Below, piece after piece: positions 1 to 6,980 of a stretch of 24,730 nucleotides of DNA. The notes beneath the pieces are model-generated. The model did not search any database, was not told where the DNA came from, and worked only from the letters and a program-made list of their open reading frames with translations. The position numbers and the translations under genes were made by a program. Each line of letters begins with the position of its first letter. Within the stretch, counting starts at the first letter, position 1. The DNA comes from a virus (lineage: Duplodnaviria > Caudoviricetes). The stretch spans positions 1-24,730 of IMG/VR virus record IMGVR_UViG_3300030116_006519. One strand, given 5' to 3'.

Positions 1-67
1 CCTGTTGCTCAGAAGATACTCTGATATAACCGTAAATATTATTAATCTGCTTTTTGGGTTGTATCAT
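1..67 (-). CDS. Serine recombinase (resolvase/invertase family), N-terminal fragment running off the window edge
   Basis: Manual translation from ATG at 67 gives MIQPKKQINNIYGYIRVSSEQQ..., containing the YGYxRVS catalytic-serine motif; not in the ORF track. Confidence 0.8.
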   Translation of the reverse strand, partial: MIQPKKQINNIYGYIRVSSEQQ

Positions 68-194
68 CTTTTTTTGCCTTAGCTTTCTCGATGTATTTTA
101 AAACATCCTCTGGGTGAAGCATACCGAACCGCCAAGCACGGAAGTCCCTCGGGGTCATAATCTCTTTCATTTCGTCTGTAAAAGTTTTTTTCAT
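42..194 (-). CDS. Small hypothetical protein (50 aa)
   Basis: Manual translation MKKTFTDEMKEIMTPRDFRAWRFGMLHPEDVLKYIEKAKAKKDDTTQKAD*; AGGAG SD upstream; packs between neighbouring genes. Confidence 0.7.
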   Translation of the reverse strand: MKKTFTDEMKEIMTPRDFRAWRFGMLHPEDVLKYIEKAKAKKDDTTQKAD

Positions 195-204
195 ACTGTC
201 TCCT

Positions 205-624
205 TTAAAAACTTGGGTCTTCCCATCTCTTTCTGAATCCTACATAAATACTTCCCGAATCACTTTTGTTCAATCTGCCTGTTTCAGGATTTAGGTACGA
301 CTGTCTGTATGACCTGTAATCAGCATCATCATGGCACGGATAGATAATCTCATCTTTTTCTTGAAAGTAGAACTCTCTACCCTCAGGGTCATCTGTGTAG
401 ATGTGAGATTGATTTTTGTAGTAATCGTAATTCTCAGTAGGTGTTGCTTTGCACTCCCTAAGAGTTACTTTTCTTTTGCCGACCTCACCTTCAACCTTGG
501 TTATGGTTAGTGGGTACTGGTCGGTATAAGGTGAATAAGTTGCACCTTGTCCAACGAATATTTCAGGCTTGGGTTTAGGTCTTTCCCTTTTTACCTGTAA
601 AATTTTATCTACTATATTTTCCAT
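205..624 (-). CDS. Phage hypothetical protein (139 aa)
   Basis: GGAGG SD; operon packing; VGQGAT...GFRKRWEDPSF pattern resembles a recurrent phage hypothetical family. Confidence 0.8.
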   Translation of the reverse strand: MENIVDKILQVKRERPKPKPEIFVGQGATYSPYTDQYPLTITKVEGEVGKRKVTLRECKATPTENYDYYKNQSHIYTDDPEGREFYFQEKDEIIYPCHDDADYRSYRQSYLNPETGRLNKSDSGSIYVGFRKRWEDPSF

Positions 625-633
625 CTTTCCTCC

Positions 634-822
634 TTATTTTGAGTTTCTTGCTTCAGACAAAGCCTTTTTTGCTCTTATCTTTAGAGCCTCGAGTCTAGGA
701 GTATCTCCTACACTTTTTATATGTTTAGAAATCATCATTTGAGGCTTGTTAGAAATTTGAGTCAATATCCAAACAAGCATTTCTAAATCTGTAGTATTTA
801 GTTTATTTAATTCGTTATTCAT
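634..822 (-). CDS. Hypothetical protein (62 aa)
   Basis: GGAGG SD; first gene after the leftward promoter. Confidence 0.7.
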   Translation of the reverse strand: MNNELNKLNTTDLEMLVWILTQISNKPQMMISKHIKSVGDTPRLEALKIRAKKALSEARNSK

Positions 823-860
823 TTTTTACCTCCAAAGTAAACATAATTGTTTACATGTTT

Positions 861-889
861 ATACTAAACTAAAATATTACAGTTTGCAA
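861..889 (-). promoter_or_regulatory. Leftward sigma70-like promoter
   Basis: TTGCAA (889-884), 17 nt spacer, TAGTAT (866-861). Confidence 0.6.
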
Positions 890-913
890 ACTTTTATTAT
901 CTTTAATATTTAT

Positions 914-942
914 TTGCAATCTATAGCATTTTATTGTATATT
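914..942 (+). promoter_or_regulatory. Rightward sigma70-like promoter
   Basis: TTGCAA (914-919), 17 nt spacer, TATATT (937-942); AT-rich upstream. Confidence 0.65.
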
Positions 943-986
943 ATAGATATGAGATATTTAAACAATAATAAAAAGGAGGTAGTTTG

Positions 987-1409
987 ATGGATAGAAGTTT
1001 TGTTATTGATAAAAAAGAGTTTAACCAAAAGTTTGGGGGGTTGGAGCCTTTTGGTAAGTTTCTCGAAGATGCTATTGCTTTTAATTGCGATATGTATGGA
1101 GGCGGAAATGTTAGGTGTGAGGTCAGCGATTGGGGAGCTGAGTTTTTCTTTACAGGCTCCCCTTTCGATGATGATGCAACAGATGAGCTTATTTTAAGAG
1201 CTACTTTTGTTGACGACAAAATAGAGTTTACCTTTCCAAGAAGATGGGTTGGAGCTTTGACCAGAGAGAGCACTGGTATTTTTCTCAACTTCCTAGAAGA
1301 GCAACTAGAGGAAAACATAAACAATGACCCTCACGACTGGGTTCTTGTATATCACGAACTTCCCTTAGACCATGACGTATATGACGTTAACCTTGACCTT
1401 GGAAAATAA
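987..1409 (+). CDS. Acidic hypothetical protein
   Basis: AAGGAGG SD 7 nt before ATG 987; Asp/Glu-rich. Confidence 0.8.
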   Translation: MDRSFVIDKKEFNQKFGGLEPFGKFLEDAIAFNCDMYGGGNVRCEVSDWGAEFFFTGSPFDDDATDELILRATFVDDKIEFTFPRRWVGALTRESTGIFLNFLEEQLEENINNDPHDWVLVYHELPLDHDVYDVNLDLGK

Positions 1410-1421
1410 GGAGGCGGATAG

Positions 1422-1913
1422 ATGATCAAAAATATATTTGTTGACATGGACGGAGTCTTAGCGGACTTCGTCACAGGGGTTGAAGGTCCAGACTTTCTGG
1501 ACGGACCTTTACTGAGTGAACAGGATTATGATGATAACAAAGAATCATTCATCAACAAAAGATTATTTAAAAACCTGCCACCTATGGAGGGTATGGCTGA
1601 CTTGATAGATTTCATCAAGCAGACTAAGTTACCTTGGGAGATTCTATCTGCGGCAGGATTAACAGAGAACAGAAACTTAGCAGTGTATGACAAAACTGCT
1701 TGGGTAAAAGATCACGTTTGTCCTTATGTGGCTGTGACATGCACCACTAAGGGCAAACACAAGGCAATCTATGCTAAGCCAGATAGAGTTCTAATCGATG
1801 ACAGATTAGAAAATATTGAGGCTTGGGAGGATGCAGGTGGTATCGGCATCTTACACAAAAGTGTAGCCGAGACTATCGAAACTTTAACTACTTTAATTAA
1901 GGAGGAAAAATGA
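1422..1913 (+). CDS. HAD-superfamily 5'(3')-deoxyribonucleotidase (NT5C-like)
   Basis: Motif I FVDMDGVLADF, LSA motif II, K...LIDD motifs III/IV, W...GGIGILH tail. Confidence 0.85.
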   Translation: MIKNIFVDMDGVLADFVTGVEGPDFLDGPLLSEQDYDDNKESFINKRLFKNLPPMEGMADLIDFIKQTKLPWEILSAAGLTENRNLAVYDKTAWVKDHVCPYVAVTCTTKGKHKAIYAKPDRVLIDDRLENIEAWEDAGGIGILHKSVAETIETLTTLIKEEK

Positions 1914-2488
1914 GTTTGACTAGAGAATTTTACATCCCAAAGGATGCTAAAGAAATAAAATGTACTAAAACAGATGCCGTTGCATATATCAACGATTATG
2001 CAGACGGAACCAAATACACCGCTATGGTGTTTGCTGGTAAGAGGTCTAAATATGACAAATATTATGGTTTCAAAACATCTGAGAAAAGAGATCAGTATGT
2101 CCAAGAATATTTCAAAGACATAGCGGCAAGTTACGAAAAAACAAAGCAATATGCTGAAAAGATAAAAGCTATGATTGCTGAGAGGGAGAAGAACTATGAA
2201 GTCGGTGGTATTTTATACAGTGCTTGGGGATATGACCAAACCAATATTGATTATTACCAAATAATTGATAGAACAGACAAAATGGTCACCATTTGTAAAA
2301 TTGGTAAAAAATATTTAGAAACAGAGTATTCTAGCGAAGAAAGAGTGGTGCCTGATAAAGATAACTTCGTTGGGGAGCCTATGAAAAAGAAAATTGGTGC
2401 TTATGGAATCTCCTTAAACAGTTATGCAAATGCGGACCTTTGGGACGGTCAACCGAAGTATCAAACAGCTTACGGCTGGGGTCACTAA
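1910..2488 (+). CDS. Phage hypothetical protein (192 aa)
   Basis: AAGGAGG SD, ATGA overlap; GGILYSAWGYDQTNIDYYQI segment resembles a recurrent phage/plasmid hypothetical family. Confidence 0.8.
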   Translation: MSLTREFYIPKDAKEIKCTKTDAVAYINDYADGTKYTAMVFAGKRSKYDKYYGFKTSEKRDQYVQEYFKDIAASYEKTKQYAEKIKAMIAEREKNYEVGGILYSAWGYDQTNIDYYQIIDRTDKMVTICKIGKKYLETEYSSEERVVPDKDNFVGEPMKKKIGAYGISLNSYANADLWDGQPKYQTAYGWGH

Positions 2489-2713
2489 ATGACCGACATC
2501 AAAAACAAAGTGATCAAGAAATTTCTTGAGCAACTGGAAAAAGAGATAGAGCAGAGGGAAGACTCTCTGCCCTATGTCTTGAATCCACAGGAGCGAGAAA
2601 AAGTTTTGCAAGAAATTGAAGAGCTGGGTTCGATGGCAGATCAAGCCAACGAAAGAGCAGAAGAAATTCTAGCTGAGTACGAACAAAGACAAGCAAAAAG
2701 CAAAGATAAATAA
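2489..2713 (+). CDS. Coiled-coil hypothetical protein (74 aa)
   Basis: Directly abuts the upstream stop; E/K/Q-rich helical composition. Confidence 0.7.
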   Translation: MTDIKNKVIKKFLEQLEKEIEQREDSLPYVLNPQEREKVLQEIEELGSMADQANERAEEILAEYEQRQAKSKDK

Positions 2714-2717
2714 AAAT

Positions 2718-2746
2718 TTGCAAATGATAACAATTTTTTGTAAAAT
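2718..2746 (+). promoter_or_regulatory. sigma70-like promoter driving the structured-RNA array
   Basis: TTGCAA (2718-2723), 17 nt spacer, TAAAAT (2741-2746); predicted start near 2752-2753, followed by a small 5' hairpin ACCC-ATAA-GGGT (2753-2764). Confidence 0.7.
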
Positions 2747-2765
2747 TAAAGAACCCATAAGGGTA

Positions 2766-2905
2766 AGTTCGGGTAACTCCTTTGAGGGCATGTGGTTGCC
2801 CAAAAATCTTGCCCCTTTTTCTTAAAATTTGGGGGGGTGGGAGAAAAGTGCAAGACCTGTTACCTGAACTGTTTCATTCATTTAGGCTTGCACAACCACA
2901 CTGAA
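2766..2905 (+). ncRNA. Structured RNA unit A (multi-pseudoknot, unknown class)
   Basis: P1 2766-2777/2859-2870; P2 GGGCA-TGTGGT-TGCCC 2786-2801; extra G.U-rich hairpin 2807-2842; P3 2848-2858/2884-2893; tail ACCACA 2895-2900 complementary to the P2 loop. Confidence 0.7.
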
Positions 2906-2929
2906 CAATTATGGAGGAACTTAATGGAC

Positions 2930-3043
2930 TCTGGCTAGAACGAGTAGATTCAGGGGTTGTGGTGCTCCTGCCTCCTAGAAAGCGTTATCGGTTTTTCTAG
3001 TCAGAATTATGGATTTTTGACTGATAACGCAGACCACACTGAA
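2930..3043 (+). ncRNA. Structured RNA unit B (same fold)
   Basis: P1 2930-2940/2995-3005; P2 CAGGGGT-TGTGGT-GCTCCTG 2951-2970; P3 2982-2992/3020-3030; tail ACCACACTGAA 3033-3043. Confidence 0.75.
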
Positions 3044-3067
3044 CAATTATGGAGGGACTAAAAGAAC

Positions 3068-3186
3068 TCTGGCTAGCATCTTCTAACAGGGGCTCGTGGT
3101 GCTCCTGAGACAAAGCGTTATTGGTTTTCTAGTCAGAATAGAAGATTAATGGCTTCATTTATGCTGATAACGCACACCACACTGAA
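3068..3186 (+). ncRNA. Structured RNA unit C (same fold)
   Basis: P1 3068-3076/3129-3137; P2 CAGGGGC-TCGTGGT-GCTCCTG 3087-3107; P3 3115-3125/3163-3173; tail ACCACACTGAA 3176-3186. Confidence 0.75.
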
Positions 3187-3188
3187 TT

Positions 3189-3320
3189 ATGAAAAATAGC
3201 AATAAAAAACTAAAAGCAATAGAATGGGGTTTGATTTTGACTATCTTAGCAGGTTTAGTTTTATACAAATACCTAGTTTGGGGTTGCGTAATTATATGTG
3301 GAGATTGGTACGATGACTGA
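3189..3320 (+). CDS. Small membrane protein (43 aa)
   Basis: Manual translation MKNSNKKLKAIEWGLILTILAGLVLYKYLVWGCVIICGDWYDD*; basic N-terminus plus hydrophobic helix; stop overlaps the next ATG (ATGACTGA); no SD. Confidence 0.65.
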   Translation: MKNSNKKLKAIEWGLILTILAGLVLYKYLVWGCVIICGDWYDD

Positions 3321-3771
3321 TAAAAATAGATTCACCAACTGGTTAGCTATGGAAAGCGATGTAAAGGTGACAGAAACACACGCCCAAAAGTTAGGTAAAG
3401 AATGGAGCAGGGCCTTTCAAAGCAAGATAGAACCCATACTGGGCAAAGTAAGCGTCTCTAAAACAGTCGAGACTAAAGCTCTGGTTATAGAGGACGAAAT
3501 AGCAAATTTATTACAAGAAGCATTGCAACACGAAAAAGATTTTATGAAAGAACTAGATCGCCACGAACAAGATGCTATCGAGTACAACGGGGTTGGCAAA
3601 TCAGATCGTGACATAATGCACCACAACACAGCACTTATGTTTGCCTCTCTGTATCTTTGTTATGCAATCATTGCACACCTAAAACACCGAAAAGAACAAC
3701 TTGATTTGATGACTAAAGCTGGCAAGTTGTTTGGCAAAAAAGGCAAGGATGATAAACCGAAGAATGGCTAA
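3313..3771 (+). CDS. Hypothetical protein
   Basis: ORF track 3298..3771; ATG 3313 preferred (GGAG upstream, coupled to the previous stop). Confidence 0.75.
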   Translation: MTDKNRFTNWLAMESDVKVTETHAQKLGKEWSRAFQSKIEPILGKVSVSKTVETKALVIEDEIANLLQEALQHEKDFMKELDRHEQDAIEYNGVGKSDRDIMHHNTALMFASLYLCYAIIAHLKHRKEQLDLMTKAGKLFGKKGKDDKPKNG

Positions 3772-4096
3772 TTATAAGGACCAACAGAAAAAAGTAACAC
3801 TAGTATTAAATGGCAAAAAAATGTCTTTTGTAGCAAGCAAAGAAGAAATTGTAAGAGCGTTTTCCAAAGAAATGACTAAGATATTTTGTGATCGCTACTT
3901 TACTGAAAAAAGTTGTGTTTTATGTAAGAAAAAATTTATTGACAAATCCAAATCACAAAACGCTAAGTTTTGTCAAGAAAAGTGTCTAACAAAAGATTAC
4001 AGAAATAGATACATAGAGACATACAATAAAAAAAACGGCACAAGTTTTACTAGCTATCAATTAATCAGGAGATTGAATGAAAAAAAGAGTGTCTGA
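3764..4096 (+). CDS. Basic Zn-finger protein (CxxC...FCxxxC)
   Basis: CVLCKKKF...KFCQEKC...YRNRY; ATG 3764 overlaps the upstream stop. Confidence 0.7.
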   Translation: MANYKDQQKKVTLVLNGKKMSFVASKEEIVRAFSKEMTKIFCDRYFTEKSCVLCKKKFIDKSKSQNAKFCQEKCLTKDYRNRYIETYNKKNGTSFTSYQLIRRLNEKKSV

Positions 4097-4382
4097 AGAA
4101 ACATACTTGCAAGAATTAATTAAGTTTAGAAAAGTGTTTTGTGATTCTTTTGAAAAGCAGTATGACATAATCAAAACAAGAACATGTAAAAATTGTAAAA
4201 AAAAATTCTTTAAAAGACCCTTAACGCCTGAAAAAAAATTTTGTAGTGATGCGTGTAAATCTACAAATTATAGAAAAAATTTTGTGAAAGCATATAACAA
4301 AAAAAATGGTACAAAACGAAAGTATAAAGACTTTCAAAAAATAAGAGAGGAGTGTAAAGAAAATGAAAAGAATAGTGTCTGA
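4077..4382 (+). CDS. Basic Zn-finger protein, paralog of the upstream gene
   Basis: CKNCKKKF...KFCSDAC...YRKNF...YNKKNGT, pattern shared with 3764-4096. Confidence 0.75.
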   Translation: MKKRVSEETYLQELIKFRKVFCDSFEKQYDIIKTRTCKNCKKKFFKRPLTPEKKFCSDACKSTNYRKNFVKAYNKKNGTKRKYKDFQKIREECKENEKNSV

Positions 4383-4599
4383 ACCTACACAAATAAAACT
4401 CTACGGCAGACCTTTTAAGAAAGTTACAGGCACCAACTTTTACACTTTGTTCGGTAAAGACAGATGGCAGTTCATAGACGGCCATCCTGTCGAGATGTAC
4501 AAAGATGAGAAGTTACTAGAGGCCCAGCAAAAAAATTGGACTGAACTGGATTTTACTCCTCAGTTTGTGTCATTTCTTGGTCGTAAACAAGCGAAGTAG
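4363..4599 (+). CDS. Hypothetical protein (78 aa)
   Basis: GAGGAG upstream; overlaps the previous gene; last gene of the rightward unit. Confidence 0.7.
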   Translation: MKRIVSEPTQIKLYGRPFKKVTGTNFYTLFGKDRWQFIDGHPVEMYKDEKLLEAQQKNWTELDFTPQFVSFLGRKQAK

Positions 4600-4628
4600 T
4601 GTCTCTCAACATGCCTTGTCAATGTTGA

Positions 4629-6968
4629 TTATTCTTCGGCCCCTTTGGGAAATTTAATATTTTTTTTAGCAACATCGACTGTGGTGTCTGCACTAGCTAT
4701 ATTTTTTGCATCAAAAACTAAAGTTTCATCACCTACTTTTATTCCATCATAACCAAACTTTTTCGCTTTTTCAGTAAATTCAGCGGCTCCTTTGCCACCG
4801 ACTCTTATATAGTCAGACAGGCTGTATAAAATATTTTCCGTGTCAGGGAATAACTTTCTAAGTTCAGAATCGAATCTAGTACCTTCTATGATTTGATTTT
4901 TAAGACTTTTTACTGCTCTCGCCTTATCTGCCAAACCGAACCCTGAATATATGCGATTCAGGGTATTCTCTCCCCTCGTAGGATGTTTGACATAAGCGGC
5001 AATACCTTCATTGCCTCTATTATCGCTTGATTGAATAAATTTAACATTTTTGTCTACATAATCATCTATCTTTTTAATAGTTTTCAAACCTTTTTTCGTA
5101 GGTTCGTCCAACATATCTATTTTGTCTAACTCTTTAGCCCAAAATTTAAAATATTTTTTATCCAAAAGTTCAAAATCAGAGTTTCTCTTGTTTTGAGACA
5201 AATCTAAAAATTTGCCTCTAGTGAAATATTTTTTAACGATTGGGCCATAGTATCTAGCCTCTCCGGGTTCCTTGGCGAAATAAAATCCTCTACCAAAAAA
5301 TCCTTCATCTCTATTTCCAATAAATTTTTCGTCAAATTTGTCAAAATCTGCAAAGGTGCCATGATATACAGGTTCGTCAATATTGAAACCTTGTGCTTTC
5401 AAATCAGTAATTTTGTCTGAGCTTTTCACTTTTTTTGGTGTTTCAACTATTGCTTGTACTCCCTCAATACCTTTTTTTGTTGCAGTTTTGGCGATTGGTC
5501 CAGCCACAGGAATTAAATCAAGCAAACTTAAACCTTGACCTAACCTGTCTCTTTCGGCTATAGCGATGTCCGTAGATAGTCCGGGCAACAGCGAGGCTAT
5601 GCCTCGTGCCAGTTGTCTAGCTTGTTCTTGTTCGGGTGTAAAACCTTGAGTTGTCAAATAATCTATGGCTCTTTGATATAAAGTTGGATTGAATATTCTT
5701 TGTTCTTCAAGTGGTGACAGTGGCTCTATGGTGCCTAAGTCAGGACTAACTTCTCCGCTTTCTTGGAATATGTCAATGTCATCCAGATTTAGGTTGCCCA
5801 ACATCTCGAGGTAATTTAATTTCTGTTTTTTATCTTCTACCTCTTTTTCACCATTTTCGACAGCACCACCTAACTGATATTTCTTAGTGATTTCTATTCG
5901 TTTTGGGTCGAATATCACAAATTCTTTGGGGACATCGGGACTTAAAATGCCGCGTGCACCGAAGTCGTCATACATATCTCGACCTGTTATGCCATAAAAA
6001 TTGCCCTTGATGCCAGCTTTCGATAGTTTTTGAGCTTTAGCACGGGGACTGCCCGGTATTCGGACTTGTTCTGCTCCTTTCAGGTGAGGACTTAGATAGT
6101 TATATGGAAGTAACAAGCTCGCATCGTCTAGCCCTTCCTCGCTAAGATAATATTCAGAAAGGCTGAAATCTGTCCTGAGCTCCTCTAACTTATCTCTGTT
6201 AGCGGAGCTGTTAGGAATTTTTTTATTTTCTAGGTCCGACTTAAATTTTTCATACTTCTTCTTATTTTTCTCCACCAGCTTTGCTTGTTCTTGCAACCTG
6301 CGAGTTTCTGCTTTTTTCACGTCTTGCAAAATGCCAGAATCTTTGAGTTTTTTTAGAACAGCTGGTTTTTGTTGGTCGAATCGAACACTGTTTTTTAACA
6401 TTTCATCTTCAGAAATCTTAACGTCTACCTCATACAATTTGCCTTTCCTTCTTGTCCCCTCCGTTATTTGTGTTTTATACGCACTTGCCAGCTGTGGGTC
6501 TGTGGTAAAGTAAACACCAACACCCTCATTTTGCAAACCAAAACCACCACCGCCTTGTTTGGCTCCTGTCATGTCTTCGGGTTTTGGAAACCTAAATTCG
6601 TCAAAGTTTTTCGCTGAAGCATGAAATCCTTTGATTGTATCTGCTCCAGACTTAACGGCTTGCTTGGCGACTGGACCAGCTACGGGTACTACGTCTAAAA
6701 AACTCAGACCTTCTCCCAAAATATCTTTTTCAGCTTTGGCAATATCTGTACTCACACCCGGTATCAGTGAAGCAAGACCTCTTGCAAATGTTCTAGCTCG
6801 CTCCTGTTCTGGCGTGAAACCTTGGGTGGTTAAATAATCTATAGCTCTTTGGTAAAGTGTCGGATTGAATATTCTTTGTTGTTCTAAAGGAGAGAGTGGC
6901 TCTATGGTACCTAAATCAGGACTAACTTCTCCGCCTTCTTGGAATATGTCGATGTCATCGAGTTTCAT
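4629..6968 (-). CDS. Tandem two-module protein, each module a conserved ~105-aa leader plus an ADP-ribosyltransferase-like (ART-PolyVal-type) domain
   Basis: Near-identical LDDIDIFQE(G/S)GEVSPDLGTIEPLSPLE...IPVAGP leaders at aa 3 and aa 395; ART-like H-Y-E patterns FHAS/GVYFT/EFVIFD and YHGT/GFYFA/ETLVFD. Confidence 0.75.
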   Translation of the reverse strand: MKLDDIDIFQEGGEVSPDLGTIEPLSPLEQQRIFNPTLYQRAIDYLTTQGFTPEQERARTFARGLASLIPGVSTDIAKAEKDILGEGLSFLDVVPVAGPVAKQAVKSGADTIKGFHASAKNFDEFRFPKPEDMTGAKQGGGGFGLQNEGVGVYFTTDPQLASAYKTQITEGTRRKGKLYEVDVKISEDEMLKNSVRFDQQKPAVLKKLKDSGILQDVKKAETRRLQEQAKLVEKNKKKYEKFKSDLENKKIPNSSANRDKLEELRTDFSLSEYYLSEEGLDDASLLLPYNYLSPHLKGAEQVRIPGSPRAKAQKLSKAGIKGNFYGITGRDMYDDFGARGILSPDVPKEFVIFDPKRIEITKKYQLGGAVENGEKEVEDKKQKLNYLEMLGNLNLDDIDIFQESGEVSPDLGTIEPLSPLEEQRIFNPTLYQRAIDYLTTQGFTPEQEQARQLARGIASLLPGLSTDIAIAERDRLGQGLSLLDLIPVAGPIAKTATKKGIEGVQAIVETPKKVKSSDKITDLKAQGFNIDEPVYHGTFADFDKFDEKFIGNRDEGFFGRGFYFAKEPGEARYYGPIVKKYFTRGKFLDLSQNKRNSDFELLDKKYFKFWAKELDKIDMLDEPTKKGLKTIKKIDDYVDKNVKFIQSSDNRGNEGIAAYVKHPTRGENTLNRIYSGFGLADKARAVKSLKNQIIEGTRFDSELRKLFPDTENILYSLSDYIRVGGKGAAEFTEKAKKFGYDGIKVGDETLVFDAKNIASADTTVDVAKKNIKFPKGAEE

Positions 6969-6980
6969 TCATTGATTATA

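Larger units (their letters stand above)
2895..3191 (+). repeat. Tandem imperfect repeat with a period of about 140 bp
   Basis: Exact 23-mer ACCACACTGAACAATTATGGAGG at 2895-2917 and 3033-3055; ACCACACTGAATTATG at 3176-3191; spacings of 138 and 143 bp. Confidence 0.95.

Noticed and set aside
941-2723. Antisense and alternate-frame ORFs (941-1324, 1000-1197, 1769-2149, 2414-2644, 2514-2723) and similar shadows elsewhere
   Set aside because: They overlap better-supported genes that have SD sites and recognisable motifs
2807-2842. Intrinsic terminator
   Set aside because: The hairpin is G.U-rich with no following U-tract on the + strand and lies inside unit A; better read as an inserted helix
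3078-3146. Extra 8-bp pairing ATCTTCTA/TAGAAGAT in unit C, and GGAGG/CCTCC (2913-2917/2971-2975) in unit B
   Set aside because: Each occurs in only one unit, so neither was included in the consensus fold; they could be alternative conformers
2930-3186. Hammerhead ribozyme (CTGATAA and GAAA seen)
   Set aside because: The core must be CUGANGA in a single-stranded junction; here CTGATAAC lies inside helix P3 and is absent from unit A
2766-3186. HDV-like/theta ribozyme, tRNA or TIGR array
   Set aside because: Helix order differs from the HDV nested double pseudoknot; there is no cloverleaf or T-loop; units are far longer than TIGR repeats and no Nop-domain gene is visible
2895-3191. CRISPR or mini-CRISPR array
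   Set aside because: The period is about 140 bp, the intervening sequences are homologous and structured rather than unique spacers, and no cas genes are present
4606-4628. Bidirectional terminator between convergent genes
   Set aside because: Only a 7-bp AT-rich stem (TCAACAT/ATGTTGA) without U-tracts; too weak to call
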